From positions 32,001 through 96,000 of the IMG/VR virus record IMGVR_UViG_3300025400_000011: 64,000 nucleotides of DNA. The stretch is one strand, 5' to 3'. Shown here in pieces: positions 40,089 through 49,042 of this stretch. The DNA is from a virus. Positions within the stretch are counted from its first letter, which is position 1, and every line of letters begins with the position of its first letter. A program made the position numbers and the translations under genes. The notes below the pieces were generated by a model that saw only the letters and a program-made list of their open reading frames with translations, was not told the origin of the DNA and searched no databases.

Positions 40089-40122
40089 TAGTGCTTGATC
40101 TTAATCGGTCAGGCACTATAAT
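40089..40122 (+). promoter_or_regulatory. Hairpin (possible terminator) overlapping a sigma70-like promoter
   Basis: TAGTGCTTGATC/GGTCAGGCACTA inverted repeat with G-U pairs; TTGATC-16nt-TATAAT. Confidence 0.55.
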
Positions 40123-40128
40123 TATTTT

Positions 40129-40258
40129 CGTTCTTTAGACACTTTGTAAGTTTAATCGCTTACATTACAAAGACTCTTTTAACCAAAGCCTGATCCCTGC
40201 GCGATAACGTATACTTTCGCGGTGCAGCTATAGCAAAAAATACAGGGCTGTAGAGTTT
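40129..40258 (+). ncRNA. Candidate structured non-coding RNA
   Basis: Follows a promoter, begins with BoxA-like CGTTCTTTAGACA, has nested stems, is GC-richer than other intergenic DNA, no convincing ORF. Confidence 0.4.
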
Positions 40259-40277
40259 CATAAAGGCATCTATTTTT

Positions 40278-40796
40278 GTGGTCATATTCAAACCAAATAA
40301 ACTTATTAGAAAAGCGTATCCTATGATTAACTGGGATACGCTTTCCCTTGTTTATTCTGCAATACTTGATCCTGTATACAAAGCTAAAAAGAAAAGAAAC
40401 TTTGTTATCAGGATAAGAGGTGTAAAACATGGTACATGGAACTGGTATAGCTATAATTCAGATGGAGCATACTTTGTTATTGCACTTAAACTAAGAATAG
40501 GTCAGTTTCATAGAGTTATAATACATGAGTTTAGACATTTTATTCAAGATAAGATTCTACACGTACCTATGACTGCAGATTATGAAAAGATGTACTACCG
40601 TCACCCATTAGAGGTAGATGCTAGATATTTTGAAAATAAAGGTTTGCACTTCGCTAGAAGGTTATATAATCGTATTGAGAAACAGAAAAAAACATTCGCA
40701 ATATTAAATGAATACAGACCAAAAGGTGAAAAAACTAATCGAAATGGGAATACTTCCCGATCCAAACTACGTTCCAAGGGAAAAGGTAGCAAATAG
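40278..40796 (+). CDS. Putative zinc metallopeptidase-like protein
   Basis: HEFRH motif with downstream YYRHPLEVDA. Confidence 0.6.
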   Translation: MVIFKPNKLIRKAYPMINWDTLSLVYSAILDPVYKAKKKRNFVIRIRGVKHGTWNWYSYNSDGAYFVIALKLRIGQFHRVIIHEFRHFIQDKILHVPMTADYEKMYYRHPLEVDARYFENKGLHFARRLYNRIEKQKKTFAILNEYRPKGEKTNRNGNTSRSKLRSKGKGSK

Positions 40797-40935
40797 GTTT
40801 GGTGTGATGGTATGGGATCACAAGACTGCAGGTACTTGTCAAGTAATGACTGGTGATAGCTTTAAACAAGCTAAGCAGTATATGGCAAGACCAGGACATC
40901 GTTCCGGTATACAGAAGCTAGGCTATAGAGGTTAA
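40708..40935 (+). CDS. Hypothetical protein
   Basis: 75 aa ORF overlapping the previous gene's low-complexity tail. Confidence 0.55.
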   Translation: MNTDQKVKKLIEMGILPDPNYVPREKVANRFGVMVWDHKTAGTCQVMTGDSFKQAKQYMARPGHRSGIQKLGYRG

Positions 40936-42335
40936 AGTTTGCCCATCGGCTTACTGTTAATAGCTTCCTGCTTCTTACGTTCTTCTATTACCTGTTTTAA
41001 AAGCTTAAACTCATCTGGGTTAATAGCTGTTACAGGCATTACTTCAGTCTTATTATCGACTACCGGCTCTGGTTTAGGTTCAGGCTTAGGCTCTGGCTTT
41101 GGTTCTAGTTTCTTAACAGGCTTACTTAATCTATAGTTTTTAACAATAACGTTAAAGCATAGAAGTAAAGAAACTGCTAAAGGATCAAACACGGACATGA
41201 TTAACCAAATAAACCAAGTCACTGTTTGATCTAACTGTAAGTTTAATGTTTTAGCTACATATTTAAAAGTACCTACATCTGTAGTGAGTATTTTTGATTG
41301 AAGTATGTTATTAGCTGATTCAAGCTTTTGTATTTCATTTTGATCAGATTTAACTCTAACCTCATTTGACTTAATCTTGTTTTCTCTCAAAGTCACTAAC
41401 CCAGCAATGCTAGCTTCTGTAGAGCTCTGTATTTTATCAAAGCCTTGCTTATCTTTAGTTATTTCAGCTTGTATTTGTAGAATCTGATCTTCATTAGTTT
41501 TAATAGAAGCTAGTAACTCTTTGTTTGTTTCTTCTATTTGCGTTTCACTAATAGCTCTAAGCTTATCAGTACGATCTTGTACAGCTTTTATTTGTACATC
41601 TATTTGAGCTCTTTCTGCAGCTTGTTGCTCTTTAACTATACGTGCTTTATCAAGACTACTCTTTTTAAAGAACCCACCATCATCGTTTTTATCTAACCAT
41701 GTCTGTATTTCTTTATCTAGTATAGCTAACCTATCGTTATAGAGTTTTATCTGTTCAGAAGTTTTATTAACGCTTGTTTCAAGCTGAGCTCTATTAGCAT
41801 TGACTGCATCAATAGCTTTTTTCTTATCATTTTCAATAACAGCTCTAATCTCAGTCACTCGCTGCTCTTTTTGCTTTATTAGCATATTAAGCTGTTCAAC
41901 TTGTTTGTCTTTATTAGTATTAACTAAAGCTACGTCTTTATCATTATTAGGTATAACTGAAAACGTTGTTACATCACTTTTATATGCTTCAATCTGTCTA
42001 TTATTGTTGTCTATTTGTTGTTGAAGATCTTTAACTTTTAAAGAAGTAGTGGTATAACCTGAAGCGAGGTATCCGTAAATGCCTATAGAAGTAATCGCCA
42101 TCAGTGCAATACAAGCTATAAAAAGGTAGGCCTTTAAAGCAGTATTCATTTTTTCCCAATATTGATGTAAAAATGTAACAGCCACAAGTTTACCTACCTC
42201 TAATGTTGTACCCATTATCAATATAGGGGTACCTGCTCCTACAAATAATAAGCTTAAACCAATAATACTAAAATAAGCTCCAACTGATGCTATTGCCAAA
42301 GATGCCAACAGCAAGATAAATGCTAATAGTAACAT
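40932..42335 (-). CDS. Membrane-anchored long coiled-coil protein
   Basis: Three N-terminal TM segments (AYFSIIGL..LF, LEVGKLV, ITSIGIYGYL), ~270-aa coiled coil, TM VFDPLAV; ATG 42335 preceded by TAAATA. Confidence 0.78.
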   Translation of the reverse strand: MLLLAFILLLASLAIASVGAYFSIIGLSLLFVGAGTPILIMGTTLEVGKLVAVTFLHQYWEKMNTALKAYLFIACIALMAITSIGIYGYLASGYTTTSLKVKDLQQQIDNNNRQIEAYKSDVTTFSVIPNNDKDVALVNTNKDKQVEQLNMLIKQKEQRVTEIRAVIENDKKKAIDAVNANRAQLETSVNKTSEQIKLYNDRLAILDKEIQTWLDKNDDGGFFKKSSLDKARIVKEQQAAERAQIDVQIKAVQDRTDKLRAISETQIEETNKELLASIKTNEDQILQIQAEITKDKQGFDKIQSSTEASIAGLVTLRENKIKSNEVRVKSDQNEIQKLESANNILQSKILTTDVGTFKYVAKTLNLQLDQTVTWFIWLIMSVFDPLAVSLLLCFNVIVKNYRLSKPVKKLEPKPEPKPEPKPEPVVDNKTEVMPVTAINPDEFKLLKQVIEERKKQEAINSKPMGKL

Positions 42336-42392
42336 ACTTATATTTAGTAGAAAAGAAGTAGACTTATTCGGCATCCGCTATAACTATTGATT

Positions 42393-42450
42393 GGCCGGTA
42401 GTTGTATTTAGTGGGTGTGAAATGGGTGTTTAACAACTACCGGCTTTTTT
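42393..42450 (+). other. Orphan 12-bp hairpin with 27-nt loop and T-run (terminator or small RNA)
   Basis: GCCGGTAGTTGT/ACAACTACCGGC + TTTTTT, in a divergent intergenic region. Confidence 0.6.
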
Positions 42451-42473
42451 AATGTCTATTTGTAAATAATATT

Positions 42474-43463
42474 ATGCCATGGAACTTTCGTAAAGTAGGT
42501 AATAAGACTTGTGCTTATAATAAAGCTACAGGTAAGAAAAAGGGTTGTACAGCTGGCAGCGCTAAAGCCTATAAAGCAGCTTTATATGCTAATGCTTTAG
42601 AAGAAAAAAACACACCTAATAAAATTACTCAAAAGGATGTTATGTCTGGAGTGCGTAAGAGCATGCCACCACCATCTATTAAACATAAAGATAAAAAAAC
42701 TTACGATAGAAAGAAGTTTAAAACTTTTAAAGCATTTTGGGATGAAAACGCAATGGGGTTAGACGGTAGTCAGAAAATTACAGATGATACTACAGCTACT
42801 GCAGAAAGTACAGCTGGTACTTTAGGTTATGGTAGTAGTGATACTACTTATAATACTGAACCAGGTCAAGGCGCACCAAACAGCCCTATAAAGTATGAAG
42901 TTAAAAAGAAAAATGCTGTTATAGACAGTGTAATAGAGTATTTAGAAAAGTTTGTAGATGGGGAAATGCCTAATGAAGGAGAAGAACTAGAAGCGTTTTT
43001 AAGCGATTTAAAACATATGGCTGATGAACTACAAAAAGTAGGTGTTGAGCCAGTAGACATATTAGCTGCTATTGAGTTTCCTAATATGGCACAGCAGTAT
43101 CTAATACGCGGACCTTCAGCAAAGGGTAATGCCGGTAAGGGTGCATTAGAAGATCTTAAAGATGTAAGAACTGCTGAAATATTAGAAGATGAATCTAATC
43201 CAGGCGGTTCAAATGATAATGCTATGCCTTCTCGAGAGATGAGCGAAGATGACGACCCAACTGAACAACAAGCAGGCAATATAGGTGAAAACTTTATAGA
43301 TGGTAAACATCCAGGACGTAAGGGATTAGCAAAAAGATCAGGTGTTAACACTAAAGCTAGTGTAAGCACGCTACGTAATGTTGCAAAACACTCTTCTGGG
43401 GAAAAAGCTCGTATGGCTCATTGGTTAGCTAATATGAAAGCTGGTAAAGCAAAACATCATTAA
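42474..43463 (+). CDS. Hypothetical, probably head-packaged protein with alternating basic and acidic modules
   Basis: TAAATA box; short modules bounded by LEE/DEN/GEN; basic C-terminal ENF.DGK.PGRKGL.KR...MAHW.ANMK module. Confidence 0.6.
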   Translation: MPWNFRKVGNKTCAYNKATGKKKGCTAGSAKAYKAALYANALEEKNTPNKITQKDVMSGVRKSMPPPSIKHKDKKTYDRKKFKTFKAFWDENAMGLDGSQKITDDTTATAESTAGTLGYGSSDTTYNTEPGQGAPNSPIKYEVKKKNAVIDSVIEYLEKFVDGEMPNEGEELEAFLSDLKHMADELQKVGVEPVDILAAIEFPNMAQQYLIRGPSAKGNAGKGALEDLKDVRTAEILEDESNPGGSNDNAMPSREMSEDDDPTEQQAGNIGENFIDGKHPGRKGLAKRSGVNTKASVSTLRNVAKHSSGEKARMAHWLANMKAGKAKHH

Positions 43464-43503
43464 AATATATTGAAGTTACTACTCTTCTGGATAAATAGAA
43501 GAT

Positions 43504-44691
43504 ATGGGTAAAAAAGTCGCAATGATTGGTATAGGTAAGCTCGGTAAGGACTGTGCTGAAGTTATGGCTTTAGCGGGTCACGAAGTTTACGGGTATGACA
43601 CTAATAAAAACATACAATCCGAACATATAAAGATTGTAGATACTATTAGAGAAGTTATAGAAGGTAAAGACATTATTTTTATAGCTGTACCCACACCTCA
43701 CAACCCTGCTTATGGTGGTGAAACACCTACAAGTCGTTTAGAGCCTAAAGACTTTGATTACACTATTGTTAAAAATGTTTTAAGACAGGTTAACTTGTGG
43801 ACTATTGATAAACAACTTATCGTACTCATTAGCACTGTATTGCCCGGTACAGTTAGAAGTCAACTCATAAAACTAATACCTGATAAACGCTTTGTATATA
43901 ACCCGTATCTAATAGCTATGGGTACCATTAAAGAAGATATGGTTAAACCAGAGATGGTTATTATTGGTACAGAAAAAGGCGAGACATCAGATGATGCTAA
44001 AGAGTTGCTCGAGTTTTACAATACAGTTATTGAAAAGGACTATAGAGCAGAAATAGGTACTTGGGATGAAGCAGAGTGTATTAAAATATTTTATAACACG
44101 TTTATTTCTACTAAACTAGCTTTAGTTAATATGATACAAGATGTTGCTGAAAAAAATGGTAATATCAATGTAGATGTTGTTACTAAAGCATTAAAAAATA
44201 GTGATTACCGTATTATGGGCCCGGCATATATGACTGCTGGTATGGGTGATGGTGGAGCATGTCACCCTAGAGATAATATTGCTTTACGTTGGTTAGCACA
44301 GCGTTTAGAGTTAGGCTACGACTTGTTTGATAGTATAATGACTAGTAGAGAAATACAAGCAGAAAACCTAGCTTTACGGTGTGTAAAAGAAGGAGAAAAA
44401 GTGTGTGTTATAGGTAAAGCTTATAAACCAGACGTGCCTTATACTAACGGTTCATATAGCTTATTAGTTGCATATTATATTGAGAAACATGGCGGTAAAG
44501 TAACTTATTACGATCCTAACACTGGAGACTCTACTTTTGATTTCAAAGCTGATGTTTACTTAATAGGTTACTGGAGCTGGTGGGTAGACGAAATAGATTT
44601 TCCGTATGGTAGTGTAGTTATTGACCCTTGGCGCAAAAACAAAAAATACGACTCTAGAATTAAAATAATACATTACGGTAACACAAGGTGA
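43504..44691 (+). CDS. ugd: UDP-glucose/GDP-mannose dehydrogenase family protein
   Basis: GIGKLG Rossmann motif, FIAVPTP, STVLPGT, AECIKIFYNTF, GDGGACHPRD (catalytic Cys), GKAYKP. Confidence 0.9.
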   Translation: MGKKVAMIGIGKLGKDCAEVMALAGHEVYGYDTNKNIQSEHIKIVDTIREVIEGKDIIFIAVPTPHNPAYGGETPTSRLEPKDFDYTIVKNVLRQVNLWTIDKQLIVLISTVLPGTVRSQLIKLIPDKRFVYNPYLIAMGTIKEDMVKPEMVIIGTEKGETSDDAKELLEFYNTVIEKDYRAEIGTWDEAECIKIFYNTFISTKLALVNMIQDVAEKNGNINVDVVTKALKNSDYRIMGPAYMTAGMGDGGACHPRDNIALRWLAQRLELGYDLFDSIMTSREIQAENLALRCVKEGEKVCVIGKAYKPDVPYTNGSYSLLVAYYIEKHGGKVTYYDPNTGDSTFDFKADVYLIGYWSWWVDEIDFPYGSVVIDPWRKNKKYDSRIKIIHYGNTR

Positions 44692-44909
44692 TCTTAATAC
44701 GCAGAGCAACTAAAGGTGGTAGAGATTATACCGTTATTATGCTTAAAGGCGAAGAACCTAAGTGGATCTTAACTACTGATTATGAACACAGACGTATATT
44801 AGAGATTTTTAAACAAGACAAGTTCTATGATGGTATTGAAAATGATTTTTCTGATAAAGATTGGCAAATGTTAATGAGTATACCGACCTATAAAAAAGAT
44901 AAAGAATGA
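44688..44909 (+). CDS. Hypothetical protein
   Basis: GTGA overlap; 73 aa. Confidence 0.6.
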   Translation: MILIRRATKGGRDYTVIMLKGEEPKWILTTDYEHRRILEIFKQDKFYDGIENDFSDKDWQMLMSIPTYKKDKE

Positions 44910-45664
44910 AAAACTTAATAGTAGTAGGTGACAGTCAAGCAGCAGGGTTCACTGAAGATAGTGGTACAATGAAGAGTTATGGGCAGTGGCTAGCTGAGTA
45001 CAACAACCTACAGCTATTTAACTTTAGTAAACCCGGTGTAGATAATACTTTTATTAAACGTAGTCTGCTCTCAAATATAGGTAAGTTTAAACAAGAAGAA
45101 ACATTCGTTATATTTCATACAGCTCCGTTCACAAGAAGATTGTTCTGGTTTGATGAAAACAAACCTATTGATAAAAGCGATCATATATGGTATCCAAGCT
45201 TTACAGGAAATGATAGTAAAGGATGGTACCGCTCTAAGGGTAACGCTAGAGGCAAAAAAGGAGTGAAGACAGCTGTAAATATTACCGATCACAAGAACGT
45301 ATTCGGTAATCATTACTTTGATGTATATTATCATACATATTTTTCTTTGCTTGAATCTTACGGGGATACATTAGATGCTTTATTATCCGTACAGGACTAT
45401 TTAAACAACAGAAACTACAAGTATCTATTCGTTTTAAACAACAAGAATCTACTTAAAGAAAGTGTACCACACAAAGAAGAGTTTTGTTATGCTTTAGATA
45501 ACTTGGATTACACTAAGTTTCTTTTTCAAGATAAAGGATTTGATGATTTTATTCTTATTAACAAATATACTGTTACAGAGACAGATTATCATGCTAGTGC
45601 AAAAGGGCATGAAGAATATAGCAAGTTAGTTCAAGAACATATTACTAAACATAACTTGATTTAA
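44906..45664 (+). CDS. SGNH/GDSL-like hydrolase or acyltransferase
   Basis: VVGDS, NFSKPG.DN, DYHAS..GH motifs. Confidence 0.75.
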   Translation: MKNLIVVGDSQAAGFTEDSGTMKSYGQWLAEYNNLQLFNFSKPGVDNTFIKRSLLSNIGKFKQEETFVIFHTAPFTRRLFWFDENKPIDKSDHIWYPSFTGNDSKGWYRSKGNARGKKGVKTAVNITDHKNVFGNHYFDVYYHTYFSLLESYGDTLDALLSVQDYLNNRNYKYLFVLNNKNLLKESVPHKEEFCYALDNLDYTKFLFQDKGFDDFILINKYTVTETDYHASAKGHEEYSKLVQEHITKHNLI

Positions 45665-45683
45665 TAATAATAGTTCTTATAAT
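45656..45683 (+). promoter_or_regulatory. Sigma70-like promoter, probably leaderless
   Basis: TTGATT-16nt-TATAAT, 7 nt before ATG 45691. Confidence 0.6.
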
Positions 45684-45690
45684 ACTACAT

Positions 45691-45993
45691 ATGGCAACTA
45701 AAAACAATCCATCTAAACTACACCCTGAAGTTCTAAAGTTATATGGTTCACCTATATACCGTAGGAAGATTAAACGTATTGTTGAGACTGCAAAGACTTT
45801 CCATAATATGATAGGTAAAAAGGTACCTAATCGTGTCAAACTTAATAAGCATAATCCAACTGATAAAGAACTGCAAGATTTTAATAAAAAAAATGCAATA
45901 AAGTTAGATAAAGAATGTCTACATTATTTTGCACAACCTAACGATCCAAGTCAGGAACGTAGACTTGCAAGACCACAAACACCTATACAATAA
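45691..45993 (+). CDS. Hypothetical basic protein
   Basis: 100 aa ORF. Confidence 0.65.
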   Translation: MATKNNPSKLHPEVLKLYGSPIYRRKIKRIVETAKTFHNMIGKKVPNRVKLNKHNPTDKELQDFNKKNAIKLDKECLHYFAQPNDPSQERRLARPQTPIQ

Positions 45994-45995
45994 GC

Positions 45996-46024
45996 TTGCA
46001 TAACAACAAGTAAGGTACCATAAT
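45996..46024 (+). promoter_or_regulatory. Sigma70-like promoter, probably leaderless
   Basis: TTGCAT-17nt-CATAAT, 6 nt before ATG 46031. Confidence 0.65.
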
Positions 46025-46030
46025 GTACCT

Positions 46031-46576
46031 ATGAACATTGATCCTAACATTATTGCCGTATCTAAAGACGGCAAATACGTTTATCCGGTAGATCATATCT
46101 CTGGACATAAAACGTTTGCTCCTATTGATTACTTCAAAAAGACTGTCACTGAGAAATATGGTGGCAGTGTTGAAAGGTTCGTTAAAGAGTACATTACAAG
46201 AGAAACTAAAAAATATTTAGCAGCTGGCTATACACCGGAACAAATTAAGGATCTTGCTTCTAAATGTAAAGGTAACAAATTACCTAAGATTAATGTTAAG
46301 CTAAAACCACACCCAAATGCACCTAAAAAAGAAAGACGTAAGCGATTAGCTTCTCATGCAGAGACATCTAAACTAGTAGTTAATGAAGACGGGGTAGAAG
46401 AAAGAGTTCGTACTTACCCCTGGACTGGTAATCCAGATTATTTTAGAAGTGAAAAATCTTATATAGATTTAGCAGAAACTTCTAAAGAAGCTTGCTTAAT
46501 GCCTCATATCTATCTTGATGATGAATGTAACGGTTGTAAGTATTACGAAATTTGCCAATGCCCTCTGAAACAATAA
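46031..46576 (+). CDS. Hypothetical protein with C-terminal Cys cluster
   Basis: C..P..YLD..CNGC.YY..CQC. Confidence 0.7.
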   Translation: MNIDPNIIAVSKDGKYVYPVDHISGHKTFAPIDYFKKTVTEKYGGSVERFVKEYITRETKKYLAAGYTPEQIKDLASKCKGNKLPKINVKLKPHPNAPKKERRKRLASHAETSKLVVNEDGVEERVRTYPWTGNPDYFRSEKSYIDLAETSKEACLMPHIYLDDECNGCKYYEICQCPLKQ

Positions 46577-47088
46577 ACATATTCGTCGATTTAGACGAAA
46601 CTCTAATTCATACTCTTGGTATGAAAACCATTGCAGGAGATCTTGGTAATGAATCTAATCTTTGCGATACACCTGTAACTATAAGCTTAAGCAAAAAAGA
46701 ACAATACGTAACAATATTGCGACCTGGTGCTAATTATCTGTTATTTGCTTTAAGAGACTTTGGTAAACTTTATATGCTTACAAGAGCTCATAAAGATTAT
46801 GCTATAGCAATGAACAAAGCTTTTAACTTTGGTTTTAATGAAGATAAAATATTTGATAGGAAATTTATTGAGAAACCAAAATATAACACACCGACAGGTG
46901 TAGCGCATGGTAGAAACTTTCTTATTGATGACTTAGACGTTAAAGATAATTTCGAGAAGATAACCTTTATTAAAAGATTTGGTAAAAGTGGTTATATTCA
47001 AATACCTGCTTTTTACGGTAATAAAGAAGAAGGTATAACACATAGTTTAATAAGCGATATTATAGACGATATTAAATCAAATGCCTAA
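46552..47088 (+). CDS. HAD-superfamily phosphatase (NIF/FCP1-like)
   Basis: FVDLDETLIH, LRPG, LT.A..DYA, LIDD; exact start codon uncertain. Confidence 0.8.
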   Translation: MPMPSETINIFVDLDETLIHTLGMKTIAGDLGNESNLCDTPVTISLSKKEQYVTILRPGANYLLFALRDFGKLYMLTRAHKDYAIAMNKAFNFGFNEDKIFDRKFIEKPKYNTPTGVAHGRNFLIDDLDVKDNFEKITFIKRFGKSGYIQIPAFYGNKEEGITHSLISDIIDDIKSNA

Positions 47089-47716
47089 GCTCTCTATATT
47101 AGTTTGCACGCTTAACTCCCGTAAACCGTTTTTTGATGTTATTAACAAAAAGATCAAAAGACAGTTAACACCTGATGTTGAGTGTCTTACATACTGTGAT
47201 AACGGGGAAATAACTATTGGTGCTAAAAGAGAAGTCCTTAAACATCAAGCAACAGGGGATTATATTGTTTATGTAGATGATGATGATCGTATTAGTCGTT
47301 ATTATGTTCGTAATATATTAGAAGCTATTAATAATAAATACGGGTATCAACCAGATTCAATAGGTATAAGAGGTTTTCAGACTTCTGATTTAAAAGACTT
47401 AAAGTACTTTGAGTGCTCGTCTTTACATAAAGGTAAAAAGTGGAGCACAGTACATAACGGTATAGTTCTCAAACCTACTAACCATATTAACCCAGTAAAA
47501 AGAGAAATAGCATTAAAATGTCCTTTTCCTGATTTGTATTACGGAGAAGATAAGTTCTATTCAGAAGCATTAAAACCTTTAATAATAACCGAAATAATGG
47601 CTGATGGTTGGTTGTATTGGTATGATTATAGACCTAATAACTCTGAATCCGTGAGAATGGATATTATTGATAAGAATAAAGGTTTAAAGTTATTACACGC
47701 TGCTGGATTTGAATAA
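47081..47716 (+). CDS. Glycosyltransferase family 2 (GT-A)
   Basis: LSILVCT, IGAKR, GDYIVYVDDDD, GED. Confidence 0.85.
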   Translation: MPKLSILVCTLNSRKPFFDVINKKIKRQLTPDVECLTYCDNGEITIGAKREVLKHQATGDYIVYVDDDDRISRYYVRNILEAINNKYGYQPDSIGIRGFQTSDLKDLKYFECSSLHKGKKWSTVHNGIVLKPTNHINPVKREIALKCPFPDLYYGEDKFYSEALKPLIITEIMADGWLYWYDYRPNNSESVRMDIIDKNKGLKLLHAAGFE

Positions 47717-47736
47717 GAGGTTGAGTAAGTGTTGTT

Positions 47737-48066
47737 ATGAAATCTAAGAATGATAAATTTACAACACCTGAAGCACCTACACCGAGGAAAGATTACGACC
47801 CTAAAAGCTTTCCAAATCCAGACATGGTACATGTCTTAAAAACTAATAAAGTAGACGTACGCTTTAAAAAAGACGGTCAAGATTTGTTGTTATGGTGTAA
47901 CTATTCAAAACTTAATAAAGATAAGCCTGGTCAAGGTTTAGAGGTTTGGGGTAGATCGCAAAATATTATTGAGCACATCACTCGTACGGTATTATCATTT
48001 TACCCACGAGCTGAGGTTACTTCTCAAAATATGAACGCAAACATAGTTTTTAGATTGAACTCTTAA
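47737..48066 (+). CDS. Hypothetical protein
   Basis: 109 aa ORF. Confidence 0.65.
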   Translation: MKSKNDKFTTPEAPTPRKDYDPKSFPNPDMVHVLKTNKVDVRFKKDGQDLLLWCNYSKLNKDKPGQGLEVWGRSQNIIEHITRTVLSFYPRAEVTSQNMNANIVFRLNS

Positions 48067-48089
48067 TATATCTTAATAAGTCCTTTATT

Positions 48090-48365
48090 ATGGAAGATAC
48101 AATTAATCAATCCACCGTTCAGTCAGCAACTAAAAAACGTCGTGCTCCATCCGCTAAAAGAGCCGCTACTAAGGTACAAAAAGAACAATCTCGCGGATTT
48201 CCTCTACCGTTATATCTTACTTGCCCAGTAACGAATAAAACCAACAAATACACATCTTTAGCATATATTCGTAAACTTATTGCAAAGCATGGCACTATAG
48301 AAAACGTTAAAAAAACATACGTTTCTACAGAGGGCAAAAAGCTACAAAATAATAAACAAAGTTAA
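48090..48365 (+). CDS. Small basic protein, distantly similar to the N-terminus of 46031..46576
   Basis: Y..K....K.G...E.....Y...E.KK pattern shared. Confidence 0.65.
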   Translation: MEDTINQSTVQSATKKRRAPSAKRAATKVQKEQSRGFPLPLYLTCPVTNKTNKYTSLAYIRKLIAKHGTIENVKKTYVSTEGKKLQNNKQS

Positions 48366-48399
48366 TGCAGATTTAAGGTCTTTTGGATAAGTATACATA

Positions 48400-48711
48400 A
48401 TGAGCTTATCAGCAGTACCAGTAAATAAGGTTGGCAGTCTAGTATGTAACCAACTGGCCTTTTTGTATGATGGTAGCGGTAATGTTAATGCTGCCTATTT
48501 AAATGCAGGTGATTACACGCCTATTATTATTAATGCAACAGGCGGTACACCTGGTGCAGTTTATACAGTAGTTGCAGGTGTAAGTGCATCTGTTAACTTA
48601 GCGGCTGGTACGTTATCAGCTGGTAATGTAGTAGGTATTTCGGCTTATTACAATCCTACAAAACCAGGTTGGCCAAATTACACAAAATACAGCACATACA
48701 CTGCATCTTAA
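48400..48711 (+). CDS. Hypothetical small structural-type protein
   Basis: TAAGTA box; A/G/V/S-rich. Confidence 0.6.
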   Translation: MSLSAVPVNKVGSLVCNQLAFLYDGSGNVNAAYLNAGDYTPIIINATGGTPGAVYTVVAGVSASVNLAAGTLSAGNVVGISAYYNPTKPGWPNYTKYSTYTAS

Positions 48712-48731
48712 TTTTGTAAATATATACAACC

Positions 48732-48995
48732 ATGGCATCAAATTATACAGTAACTGGACACGGCGATTTAGATACGATCTTTAACCCGGTCACCGCTACT
48801 AATCACGGACCAAATGCCCCTACTACTGGCTTTAAAGTTGGTGCACAAGACTTAGCTGCTCGTTATGCAGGTTCTAATAACCAATCATTCGACGTTATTA
48901 CGTACAATACTACCTTTTATTCACAAAGCAAAGCTTTAATCAATGGTAGTCAAACTGGTGACTTAAGGTACATTTTCCAGAAAATAGGTTATTAA
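48732..48995 (+). CDS. Hypothetical protein
   Basis: TAAATA box; repeated GDL..IF motif. Confidence 0.6.
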   Translation: MASNYTVTGHGDLDTIFNPVTATNHGPNAPTTGFKVGAQDLAARYAGSNNQSFDVITYNTTFYSQSKALINGSQTGDLRYIFQKIGY

Positions 48996-49042
48996 TATAT
49001 CTTGATCTTTAAGGGCGATAGGTTAATTAACTTTAACCTATT

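Noticed and set aside
11997-40796. Stop-codon reassignment (TAG stops are rare)
   Set aside because: All long genes are intact in the standard code; no in-frame TAG/TGA splits a recognisable domain.
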